NCBI GenBank assembly: GCA_041661275.1
Contig: JBAZUU010000001.1
Coordinates: 35,493 to 99,492 of the forward strand
DNA from: Parcubacteria group bacterium
Lineage (GTDB): Bacteria > Patescibacteriota > Minisyncoccia > Moranbacterales > UBA2206
Direction of reading: 5' to 3'
Length of the DNA: 64,000 nucleotides
Position numbers and translations under genes: made by a program. The notes beneath the pieces are model-generated. The model did no database searches. It was not told where the DNA came from and saw nothing but the letters and a program-made list of their open reading frames with translations. This document shows positions 10,524 through 18,819 of the stretch, one piece after another. Within the stretch, counting starts at the first letter, position 1; every line of letters starts with the position of its first letter.

Positions 10524-11081
10524 ATGCTGAATATTTCTGAAATAAAAACAGGAAAGAATATAGTTTGGAATGACATTCCCTATGTCGTCCTCCATCATGA
10601 ACATTCCAAGACCGGCCGGGCTGGCGCGGTTCTGCGCACCCGATTAAAAAATCTTTTGACCGGAGCGGTGATGGAAAAAACATTTCAGGGTTCAGAAGCT
10701 GTGACCGAAGCAGACATCACCAAGTCTAAAGCACAGTATACCTATCGCGAAGGCAATGATTATAATTTCATGGACAATGAATCCTTCGAACAATTTTCTC
10801 TTTCCAAAGATGTCCTGGTCGATAGCGCTGACTATCTAATCGAGGGAACAGAAGTGACACTTCTAAATTTCAACGGGCTACCTATCAATATCGAGTTGCC
10901 AATAAAAGTAAAATTAGTCGTGATAGAAGCTCCCCCGGGAATAAAAGGTAATACCGTTTCTACCGGAGGAAAAGTAGTGAAATTGGAAACAGGGTTGAGG
11001 GTTAGCACGCCTCTTTTTGTTCGGGAGGGAGATGAAATAATAGTTAATACGGAAAAAGGCGAATATGTTTCACGAGCCTAA
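10524..11081 (+). CDS. efp: Elongation factor P
   Basis: HSKTGRAGA loop, LETG-PLFV and GEYVSRA; start moved to ATG 10524. Confidence 0.95.
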   Translation: MLNISEIKTGKNIVWNDIPYVVLHHEHSKTGRAGAVLRTRLKNLLTGAVMEKTFQGSEAVTEADITKSKAQYTYREGNDYNFMDNESFEQFSLSKDVLVDSADYLIEGTEVTLLNFNGLPINIELPIKVKLVVIEAPPGIKGNTVSTGGKVVKLETGLRVSTPLFVREGDEIIVNTEKGEYVSRA

Positions 11082-11527
11082 TGACTACATTTTCTATAAA
11101 TAAAAGAGCCCATTTCGACTATGAGATCCTGGAAAAATACGAGGCCGGATTGGTATTAGCAGGACACGAAGTGAAATCGATAAAAACGGGACACGTGAGC
11201 TTGAAAGAAAGTTTTGTCACAATACACGGGGAGGAGTTATATCTGACCAATGCCCACATACCGCCATATAAGCACGCCGGAAAAATTGCCGATTATGATC
11301 CGACGCGACCGCGAAAATTACTCCTCAAAAAATCTGAAATCAAGCATTTGATAGGACAAGCGCGCACAAAAGGCTTGACACTCGTGCCAATTCGAATGTA
11401 TACTAAAAGACGACTCTTGAAGCTGGAATTCGGCTTGGGTAAGGGAAAAAAGGAATATGATAAGAGAAATAAGATCAAAAAGAGAGAGGACGAAAAAGGG
11501 ATGAGGAGAATGATGAAAAATTTGTAG
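11081..11527 (+). CDS. smpB: SsrA-binding protein
   Basis: NKRAHFDY, EAGLVLAGHEVKS and GKKEYDKR motifs; next to tmRNA. Confidence 0.97.
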   Translation: MTTFSINKRAHFDYEILEKYEAGLVLAGHEVKSIKTGHVSLKESFVTIHGEELYLTNAHIPPYKHAGKIADYDPTRPRKLLLKKSEIKHLIGQARTKGLTLVPIRMYTKRRLLKLEFGLGKGKKEYDKRNKIKKREDEKGMRRMMKNL

Positions 11528-11590
11528 TTTTTAATTTGAAATTTGGAAATTAAAAATTGGAAATTAAAAATTCGAGCGAAGCGAGTATCC

Positions 11591-11984
11591 GGGGATGAAC
11601 TGGTTTCGACAGATTGTACATTTAAAATATGCAAGCCGGGCCGAATACCCGTAAAAATATTCAAAATGTTATAAGTGCAAACTTACTAACGAAGGCAAAA
11701 ACTGTATTCGCGCAAGCGTTTACTTCAAATTTTGCTTACGCTACAGCCTAATTAATTTTAGACAGTAGCCATCGAACTGTCGAAGTCTCATAGACAGAAC
11801 TTGGTGTCAAACATGAGAATAGCGCGGATTGCATTTCCTTGGCAATATGCGTAAAATAAACATAGGGATAAGTTGAAGTAATTTTTTCTATTTTTATCTT
11901 TAACTGAAATTACCAAATAGGATAAGCTTGTAGATTATTTTGAATGAATAATTTTGGACGCGAGTTCGATTCTCGCCATCTCCA
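11591..11984 (+). ncRNA. ssrA: tmRNA, tag ANLLTKAKTVFAQAFTSNFAYATA (11677-11751)
   Basis: 5' GGGGATGAACTGGTTTCGAC; 3' GGACGCGAGTTCGATTCTCGCCATCTCCA; follows smpB. Confidence 0.93.
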
Positions 11985-12089
11985 CATAGCGATGCCAATC
12001 TACGAATGCATGCGAATGTCACGAATAGTTCGCATCATTCGCATGTGGTTCGTATCGTTCGTATCGCTACTAATTAGTAACATAAATAT

Positions 12090-12635
12090 ATCAGACGAAC
12101 ATTTCAGAGAAGGCCTTTTGTAAAAAAGGAACCTCTAACCAGGATCAATGAGCGAATTTGGGCGCGCGAAGTGCGTGTTATCGGCGCGGAAGGTGAACAA
12201 TTAGGTGTTATGCCGCCCCAACAGGCAATCCTCATTGCCAAGGAAAACGGCTTGGATCTTGTTGAAGTTTCTCCTAAAGCCGTGCCTCCAGTTTGCCGCA
12301 TCATGGATTTTGGAAAATTTCAATATCAAAAATCGAGACAGGAAAGACAAAATAAATCCAAGCAGAAGAAATTTGAGATAAAGGGAATCCGCTTGGGAGT
12401 CAGGACTGATGACCATGATTTGAATTTTAAAAAAGATCAAGCCGATAAATTTCTGAAAAAAGGAAATAAGGTGAAGATTGAGATAATCCTGCGAGGTCGT
12501 GAAAAGGCTCATCAGGATCTCGCCAGAACCAATCTTATAAACTTTTTGAAATCCATTGTTACTGATTATAAAGTCGAACAGGATATAAAAAGATTCCCAG
12601 GAGGATTCAATGTAATAATAACCCCCAATAACTAA
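12090..12635 (+). CDS. infC: Translation initiation factor IF-3 (probable non-AUG start)
   Basis: RINERI and LDLVEVSP-PPVCRIMDFGK motifs; frame open to ATC 12090 with no ATG. Confidence 0.92.
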   Translation: MRRTFQRRPFVKKEPLTRINERIWAREVRVIGAEGEQLGVMPPQQAILIAKENGLDLVEVSPKAVPPVCRIMDFGKFQYQKSRQERQNKSKQKKFEIKGIRLGVRTDDHDLNFKKDQADKFLKKGNKVKIEIILRGREKAHQDLARTNLINFLKSIVTDYKVEQDIKRFPGGFNVIITPNN

Positions 12636-12639
12636 CAAC

Positions 12640-12837
12640 ATGCCAAAGCTAAAAACTCACAAAGCCCTGATAAAAAGAATAAAGATATCCAAAAGAAGAA
12701 AGGTGCTGAAGCGCGCCACCGGGCAGAATCACTATAATTCCAAGGAAACGGGAAAGGCGGGACGAGCCAAAAAAAGCGATAATCGACTTTTTAAGGCCGA
12801 CGAAAAGAATGTCCTCAACGCTTTGCCATACGCTTAA
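12640..12837 (+). CDS. rpmI: 50S ribosomal protein L35
   Basis: MPKLKTHK start; synteny. Confidence 0.92.
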   Translation: MPKLKTHKALIKRIKISKRRKVLKRATGQNHYNSKETGKAGRAKKSDNRLFKADEKNVLNALPYA

Positions 12838-12861
12838 ATTATAATTACCTAATACCTCTAT

Positions 12862-13206
12862 ATGACACGAGTGAAACGCGGTGTTGCCGCTAAAAAAAGA
12901 AGAAAAAATCTTTTGGCTGATGCCAAGGGTTATCGCTGGAAAAGAAAATCACACTATAGGACTGCCAAGCAGGCAGTGATAAAGGCTGGCCGATATGCCC
13001 TTCGCGATCGCCGCGCCAAGAAAAGAACAATGCGAGCACTTTGGATAACCCGACTTAACATCGCTCTTCGAGAACATGGGCTGAAATATAGCACATTCAT
13101 CAAAACCTTGAGCGACAAGAAAATTGAAGTCGACAGGAAAGTTATGTCGCAGATGGCTATGGATGATCCAAAGGTTTTCGTGAAATTCCTGGAAGCGGTA
13201 AAATAA
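12862..13206 (+). CDS. rplT: 50S ribosomal protein L20
   Basis: MTRVKRG, AKGY and RALWITRLN motifs. Confidence 0.96.
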   Translation: MTRVKRGVAAKKRRKNLLADAKGYRWKRKSHYRTAKQAVIKAGRYALRDRRAKKRTMRALWITRLNIALREHGLKYSTFIKTLSDKKIEVDRKVMSQMAMDDPKVFVKFLEAVK

Positions 13207-13225
13207 ACCGACATTTACAATACAT

Positions 13226-13259
13226 AAAAAAACTCCCGCTTATTTGCGGGTGTTTTTTA
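13226..13259. terminator. Bidirectional intrinsic terminator after rplT
   Basis: A-run, CCCGC-TTATTT-GCGGG, T-run between convergent genes. Confidence 0.65.
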
Positions 13260-13274
13260 TTCGTACATTTGTAG

Positions 13275-13460
13275 TTACTTCTTCAAAATAACCTCCCTTA
13301 TTAATCTTTGCAAGGCGTAAAATGGCAACCAAATCCATTTGGTTTTTCCAGCCCACTTATCCATAAAGGCATTGGGATTGGTCATAGTCAGATCAACAAC
13401 AAGATAGATTATGAATATTGGAATTATTATGATTATGGCCAGAATTATATACGGATTCAT
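13275..13460 (-). CDS. Small membrane protein
   Basis: N-terminal transmembrane helix; overlaps the upstream stop codon. Confidence 0.55.
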   Translation of the reverse strand: MNPYIILAIIIIIPIFIIYLVVDLTMTNPNAFMDKWAGKTKWIWLPFYALQRLIREVILKK

Positions 13461-14170
13461 ATGGTTTGATTAGTTTTAATAGAATTGTTTATTTCATAGA
13501 TAACATCCTTTTTCTCAACCACAATTTTCCAACCTTTTTCCAGAGCCATAGCATGTAAATTGGAATTGGGATTAAAGGCAATGGGGTTTTCGACAATCTC
13601 CAAAAATTTAGCGTCTGATTCCGTATCGCCTACTCCATAAGAACCTTCAAAGGTCAATTTATTTTCCATAACATATTGTTTGACCACGTGACCCTTGTGG
13701 ATAGTCGGCTCAAAAAGGGCTTTTCCAGTATAATACCCGTCTTCGTCCGTTTCATAGACAGAACCAAAAACAGCATTAAATCCCAGATATTTATTATATT
13801 CTTCCACTATCTCAATGGGCGATCCGGAAACAGCGATGATATGATAATCTTCTTTTTTCAATTTATCAATCAGCTGGTTGGCATAAATATATGACCTGTC
13901 CTTATAGAATGGCATGGCTTCCCGACTGGCTTCTATTATATCAGATTTTTTGCATCCTTTGAGATTTTCAGCGTAAAGAATAACCAATGCCTTCCTGTAT
14001 TCTTCGTATGTTCCTTTATGATCCAGCCAGCGAGTGTAAAGGCTGATGAGTGTTTTCCTCACCTTTTTGTCAAAAATATTCATCCAGGCCAATTGATCAA
14101 TCAGCTCAAAAGCCAGGTTTTTCCTGAAAATTGTTCCGTCTATATCAAATATGGCGATTTTTTGAGTCAT
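13457..14170 (-). CDS. HAD-IB (SerB-like) hydrolase
   Basis: FDIDGT, VSGSP and GDTESD-P-AFNP motifs. Confidence 0.88.
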   Translation of the reverse strand: MTQKIAIFDIDGTIFRKNLAFELIDQLAWMNIFDKKVRKTLISLYTRWLDHKGTYEEYRKALVILYAENLKGCKKSDIIEASREAMPFYKDRSYIYANQLIDKLKKEDYHIIAVSGSPIEIVEEYNKYLGFNAVFGSVYETDEDGYYTGKALFEPTIHKGHVVKQYVMENKLTFEGSYGVGDTESDAKFLEIVENPIAFNPNSNLHAMALEKGWKIVVEKKDVIYEINNSIKTNQTI

Positions 14171-14198
14171 ATAATTCTAAACTATCATGAAATAATAC

Positions 14199-14340
14199 GG
14201 AAGATAAAAAATTTGAAAAAATACTGTTTGAGAGTTCCAATTTTCCCCAAAATTTTCCTTCGGCAGCCGTCGATTGAGGGGAAATTTTGGCAGGAAAATT
14301 GAGAGCTCGAGTTTATTTTTGAAAATTTTTTATCTTCTGG
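14199..14340. repeat. ~140-bp imperfect inverted repeat (MITE-like)
   Basis: GAAGATAAAAAATTT...AAATTTTTTATCTTC ends with nested paired arms. Confidence 0.6.
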
Positions 14341-14826
14341 CTATGCCATAAGTTGGTACATAGCGATTCCTGCTGACACGGAAACATTAAGCGATTCCTT
14401 TTTCCCGCGCATAGGAATTTCGAGAACCACATCCGCCTTTTTTATTATATCTTTGTCCAATCCCCTCACCTCATTGCCTAAGATCAGGGCACAAGGAAAA
14501 GTCGGTTTATATTTATTTATAGCCACGCTATTTTTTGCCTGCTCCAGGGCTATAATTTTTACTTTTTCTTTTTTCAGTTTTTCTATAACTACGCTAATAT
14601 TTTTGGCCCTTTCCCAACTCACTGTTTTTTCCGCGCCGAGTGCTGTTTTAGCCATCATCTTTTGCGCGGTAGTCGGATAAGCTTCTTTTCGAGCATCATA
14701 TGGCGCCGGTGAAAACCCGGTCAAAAATATTTTTGACACCCCCGCGCCATCAGCAGTCCGAAAAATAGAGCCGACGTTATAGGCGCTTCGAACATTATGT
14801 ATTATGACGTATAATCTTTTATCCAT
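14341..14826 (-). CDS. TrmH/SpoU family RNA methyltransferase
   Basis: NVGSIFRTAD, GNEVRG and IPMRGKKESLNVS motifs. Confidence 0.9.
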   Translation of the reverse strand: MDKRLYVIIHNVRSAYNVGSIFRTADGAGVSKIFLTGFSPAPYDARKEAYPTTAQKMMAKTALGAEKTVSWERAKNISVVIEKLKKEKVKIIALEQAKNSVAINKYKPTFPCALILGNEVRGLDKDIIKKADVVLEIPMRGKKESLNVSVSAGIAMYQLMA

Positions 14827-14829
14827 TAC

Positions 14830-15003
14830 TTAAACTGTTCGCACCTTAACATAAAGTCCATAAATAGCCAAAGCGACAGCAATAAGGATCCACTGTGTTC
14901 CGGCTAAATTTAGAAGATCTCCTTTGACCAAAAAATCGTATCCGGCAAAAAGCACCGCCAGAATCGACAGTCCCATAAGAATATCCGGTAATTTATTCAT
15001 CAT
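14830..15003 (-). CDS. Small two-TM membrane protein (57 aa; absent from the ORF track)
   Basis: MMNKLPDILMGLSILAVLFAGYDF...LAGTQWILIAVALAIYGLY; GGCAGG upstream. Confidence 0.6.
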   Translation of the reverse strand: MMNKLPDILMGLSILAVLFAGYDFLVKGDLLNLAGTQWILIAVALAIYGLYVKVRTV

Positions 15004-15058
15004 AATACACCTGCCTTTCTAATTCTATACCTATTTTCTTTATAGTAATTATAACATA

Positions 15059-15922
15059 CTATCTTTGCAATTTCTTTTTCTCCTGACTTTTCAGAAAATT
15101 TCCGCTAGTAATGACTTTTCTCCCGGTTTTTTGTTCCAAATCGATTCTTGCTTTTTTGGCAATTCTGCCACCTCTTTTGCCAGCAACTTTGTTTTCATCC
15201 ATACCTCTCGCTTCTGTTGTTTCGGCAATTTGTCTGGTAGAAAATTCGGCTAAGGCTGTAAAAATCAATTCCGCTTCACTCATATGATCACGCAGGTTTT
15301 GTGTTTTCAACCCTTTTAGGTTTTTATGCTCTTTTACCGTTAAGTCCGACCACTCTTGATGAATAATATTAGTAAGAATGGCAAATTCTTCTTTTTCTTT
15401 GATATCATTGGCGCTCCAATAGTCCGTCAGCTTGTTTCTTGTTTCTTGCCCCATCATTCTTCGCTGTATCCATTGTTGATTGCGCCCATGTTTTTTCCAA
15501 TTTTCCCGGGCGCGATTGAGCGACTTTTCCGGATCAGCTAATTCTTGAATTCTTTCATATCCAACTTTAGCTAACCACAATTTGATTGGCTCAGCCTTTT
15601 TTGACGGAACTGATTGAATAAGACGGAGGATGGTTTCCGGATTAGCCGCATCCGTAAGATACTTTTTACCATCAGCGGCTTCCAATTTCAGTTGGTTACA
15701 TTCCGTAACCGACTGATTTCCTTCCGTTTTCAAGCGATTTTTCAGCACTTTCCAATAATTTCTAGCTAATTGAAAATCCTTTTGATCAATCAGTACAGCA
15801 ATGATGTCGATTACAGAAAAATACCATACCTCCTCTTTTTCATTATAAAGACGTCGAATTTCAAAATTTTCAAAAATAGCTATTTCGTGGTTTATGTTTT
15901 TTTCCTTTGTTTTCTTTTTCAT
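15059..15922 (-). CDS. Bro-N domain / antirepressor-like protein
   Basis: WYFSVIDII, RNYWKVLK, QSVPSKKAEP and NLRDHM motifs. Confidence 0.8.
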   Translation of the reverse strand: MKKKTKEKNINHEIAIFENFEIRRLYNEKEEVWYFSVIDIIAVLIDQKDFQLARNYWKVLKNRLKTEGNQSVTECNQLKLEAADGKKYLTDAANPETILRLIQSVPSKKAEPIKLWLAKVGYERIQELADPEKSLNRARENWKKHGRNQQWIQRRMMGQETRNKLTDYWSANDIKEKEEFAILTNIIHQEWSDLTVKEHKNLKGLKTQNLRDHMSEAELIFTALAEFSTRQIAETTEARGMDENKVAGKRGGRIAKKARIDLEQKTGRKVITSGNFLKSQEKKKLQR

Positions 15923-15923
15923 T

Positions 15924-16922
15924 TTATTTTTTCATCCCTTTCTTTAACAACTTTTTTACTTCCCGATCAAAATCAGAGATATAATTTTTGTCTTGGTTCA
16001 CGCGATATTTTTCATATTCTTCCAGTGCCTTCTTTTCAGCCTGTTTCGCACTTACCTTGCCGGATGAATGCAATAAATCCTTTTCCGAAATGGTCAAAAA
16101 TTCATCCAGTTTTCTGATCCAATCCTGCATTTTCATCAAACGGCCACTACTGGCTTGCAACTCTGCGAAATCGATATAGAGCGAAACAATGAGATTCAGC
16201 TGATTTATTTCCCGTTCAGTTAGATAGTTTTTTGCGACAACAATGTCATCGGTCGTAATATAATCACTTCTGAAACTCGTGAGTCCCATCAGGGGTTTCT
16301 TACTATCGGCACGCCGGGCGACGATTTCAGCCGCCGTATGTCCATGCACCGCGTAATGCATCTTGTTCTGCACCGTAGCAAAGAATTTTTGTGTCAACTC
16401 GGCATCAATTTTATAGTCGATGCTTGTCGCATAAATATCAGTAACTTTCTGATAAAACCTTCGCTCACTACTCCTGATGTCGCGCACTCGTTGCAATAGT
16501 TCTTGGAAATAGCGTGCTCGACCACCAACTTGTTTGAGTCGTTCGTCGTCCATTGTAAAACCCTTAATCAGATACTCTCTCAGCCTTTCTGTCGCCCATT
16601 TGCGAAATTGCATCCCCCTATCCGATCGTACACAATAGCCAACAGCCAGAATTACATCTAAATCGTAGTGTTTTGCGTTATAACTTTTGCCATCCGCGGC
16701 AGTTATTCGGAAATTCCTAATAACTGAATTTTCGTCCAATTCACCATCTCCAAATATATTTTTCAAATGTTCGTTGACCGTGGGAACGCTCACATCAAAA
16801 AGCTCAGCAATCAGTTTTTGCGTCAACCAAACATTTTCTCCTTCAATTCTAACATGAATTTTTTGCTCATCGCCAAGAGCTTGATAGATGGCAATTTGCG
16901 GTTTTTTATTCTCCTTTTTCAT
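15924..16922 (-). CDS. Virulence RhuM family protein
   Basis: WLTQKLIAELF, FRKWAT, IRSSERRFY, FFATVQNKMH and AKNYL motifs. Confidence 0.88.
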   Translation of the reverse strand: MKKENKKPQIAIYQALGDEQKIHVRIEGENVWLTQKLIAELFDVSVPTVNEHLKNIFGDGELDENSVIRNFRITAADGKSYNAKHYDLDVILAVGYCVRSDRGMQFRKWATERLREYLIKGFTMDDERLKQVGGRARYFQELLQRVRDIRSSERRFYQKVTDIYATSIDYKIDAELTQKFFATVQNKMHYAVHGHTAAEIVARRADSKKPLMGLTSFRSDYITTDDIVVAKNYLTEREINQLNLIVSLYIDFAELQASSGRLMKMQDWIRKLDEFLTISEKDLLHSSGKVSAKQAEKKALEEYEKYRVNQDKNYISDFDREVKKLLKKGMKK

Positions 16923-16939
16923 ATTATTCTGCTAACGGT

Positions 16940-16964
16940 TTATAGTGATATAATATCACTATAA
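16940..16964. promoter_or_regulatory. 25-bp palindromic operator overlapping a minus-strand promoter
   Basis: TTATAGTGATAT-A-ATATCACTATAA; identical copy at 20566-20590. Confidence 0.7.
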
Positions 16965-18037
16965 CCCTCCCTGTCCAGCTCACTGCTGTGGATAACTTTT
17001 ATCTTCCTCGTAATTCCATGCCCGTTGCAGTGTTTCAAAATCCCCGAATACGACTGCAAGCTCTGGCCAAACGATTCTCTGGAAACTAATTTTTCTCGAA
17101 ACATCTTATGTTTCAGTGATAACTTATGGAATATCCGCCTCTTTGTTTTTGTCCTCAAAACTCTATGGTGCGGTAAAACTATATATCCCAGAAAATCAAT
17201 TCCTTGCCTTAGTTTTCTGATAATAATTTTATCAGGATGCAGTTTTAATTTTAATTCCTGTTCGAGAAACTTTCCTATTTCTGGAATTAATTTTTCTAAA
17301 TATTTTTTGTCTTCCAACAAAATAATGAAGTCATCGCAATACCGCAGATAGTATTTTTCTTTTAGCTTATGTTTAATAAACTGATCGAGTTCATTGAGAT
17401 AAATATTGGCAAATATCTGGCTGGTCACGTTGCCCAGCGGCAATCCTGAATCGAAACTTTTGATAATTGTTTCAATAAGCCAAATAGCATTTTTATCGTC
17501 AATCTTCTTTTGAATAAGTTCCAATAATATTTCCTGGTCAATCGAATCAAAAAACCTTTTGATATCGCATTTGAGCGCGTAAATATTTCTATTATTATTT
17601 CGACTGGCTTTCCGACAAAATTGCTCTAATCTTAGAACCGCCCGGTGCGTTCCTTTTTCTACTCGGCAGGAATATGAATCAAAAATGAAAATTTTGTCGA
17701 AAATGGGGTATAATATTCTGAAAATGGCGTGGTGCAGAACGCGATCTCGCACGCAAGCTTTATGAATTCGCCGCAATTTTGGATCGTGCACGTTAAATGC
17801 GGTATAATGGGAATGTTGGTAGGTTTTGTTTTTTAGCTCGCAGTGGAGTTGAAACAAGTTATCTTCCAGACTAAATTCAAGTTCCTGAACGTCTGGCTTA
17901 TTTTTTTTGCCATTTCGAAATTCCTGCCAGGCTAAAAACAAATTTTCCAAGCTAATAATTTTTTCAAATATATTATGACAAATTTCGTCCCCACTAAAGC
18001 CCCCCCCCAAGGAGTTTCCGGTATTAATGTTGTTCAT
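16940..18037 (-). CDS. DGR reverse transcriptase
   Basis: RDRVLHHA, KGTH, DIKRFFDSI, GLPLGNVTSQ (DGR-type SQ), RYCDDF and GIDFLGY; no maturase or HNH tail. Confidence 0.95.
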   Translation of the reverse strand: MNNINTGNSLGGGFSGDEICHNIFEKIISLENLFLAWQEFRNGKKNKPDVQELEFSLEDNLFQLHCELKNKTYQHSHYTAFNVHDPKLRRIHKACVRDRVLHHAIFRILYPIFDKIFIFDSYSCRVEKGTHRAVLRLEQFCRKASRNNNRNIYALKCDIKRFFDSIDQEILLELIQKKIDDKNAIWLIETIIKSFDSGLPLGNVTSQIFANIYLNELDQFIKHKLKEKYYLRYCDDFIILLEDKKYLEKLIPEIGKFLEQELKLKLHPDKIIIRKLRQGIDFLGYIVLPHHRVLRTKTKRRIFHKLSLKHKMFREKLVSRESFGQSLQSYSGILKHCNGHGITRKIKVIHSSELDREGYSDIISL

Positions 18038-18373
18038 AAAAATAGCAAGCCTAAATTATTTATTGACCTTGAAAAATTATACGGCGACTGCTATGATCGC
18101 GTAAAAAATTTTCCCAAGCTGGATAAAAATCTCCTTGGAAAAGAAATTTTACAATTTTTGAACGATACGCACAAAGCCTCTTTGATCTCAATCTACGCTC
18201 CTTCTTATCTTCCTTTAGCCAGCGCTAATTTCGATCTGTTCAAAAAATCATTGCGGATTGCCGTGGACAAAAAATTCATTTCCTGCGGCTGGTATTCGGC
18301 TCATTTTGAAATTATCGTTTCCATTGGAAGAGATATCGGAAAATGGCTAAAAACAAAACGCCCGAAGTGCTAG
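17975..18373 (+). CDS. avd: Avd-like accessory protein (four-helix bundle)
   Basis: FPKLDKNLLGKEI...LRIAVDKKFIS...IGRDIGKWLK pattern; basic 132-aa ORF between TR and RT. Confidence 0.8.
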   Translation: MTNFVPTKAPPQGVSGINVVHKNSKPKLFIDLEKLYGDCYDRVKNFPKLDKNLLGKEILQFLNDTHKASLISIYAPSYLPLASANFDLFKKSLRIAVDKKFISCGWYSAHFEIIVSIGRDIGKWLKTKRPKC

Positions 18374-18470
18374 GGCGAGGCGCAACCGGTTGACGCTGTT
18401 GGAGTTGTCGGCATCGTTCGAGTTGAGGTTGAACTCGCTGTCGTACGAGTCGGCAATGCCACACGAGACA
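18371..18470 (-). repeat. DGR template repeat (TR)
   Basis: 100 bp, AAC-rich; 86/100 identical to 18823-18922, all mismatches at TR adenines. Confidence 0.96.
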
Positions 18471-18653
18471 AAATAGCGCTGTTCCGTCCTTTTTTCAAAA
18501 AGAAAAAATTTATTTCTTTTTATATCCTGTTTTTCAGGACTCCGTTTGGACGCTAACATAAATTCATTTTTCTCCGTCCCTGGAACCGCGCTGAACTTCG
18601 GGTTTTTGTATGAGGAGGATTCCGCGTACGGAAATCCTGCTGGACTCAAGGTT

Positions 18654-18662
18654 ATTCTATCA
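18654..18662 (-). promoter_or_regulatory. Candidate extended -10 promoter for the TR/RT RNA
   Basis: TG-A-TAGAAT just downstream of the target-gene terminator. Confidence 0.45.
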
Positions 18663-18695
18663 TCATTTTTCTGAAATTGAAATACTTATTGCGAT

Positions 18696-18727
18696 AAAAA
18701 AACCCCCGCAATGTTTCCATTGCGGGG
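18696..18727 (-). terminator. Intrinsic terminator of the DGR target gene
   Basis: CCCCGCAATG-GAAA-CATTGCGGGG followed by G and T7. Confidence 0.8.
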
Positions 18728-18755
18728 TTGAAATCAATCCGGAATCCAGAATCCA

Positions 18756-18803
18756 TTTTCCGCTTCGCGGAAAAATCCTTTCCATCCCGAAGCGGGACGG
18801 AAA
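18756..18803. promoter_or_regulatory. Two short-loop hairpins 3' of the VR (target-recognition stem-loop candidates)
   Basis: TTTTCCGC-GAA-GCGGAAAA (minus strand) and TTTCC.TCCCG-3nt-CGGGA.GGAAA, within 16-65 bp of the stop. Confidence 0.7.
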
Positions 18804-18819
18804 ATCTGAACCCGAAATT

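Noticed and set aside
16940-18037. RT as a group II intron or retron
   Set aside because: It is short, has the DGR SQ motif, lacks maturase/HNH and VTG motifs, and has an adjacent TR/VR pair.
18347-18649. 100-aa ORF through the TR as a second target
   Set aside because: It is the unmutated template; the upstream part is hairpin-rich and not protein-like, although translation cannot be excluded.
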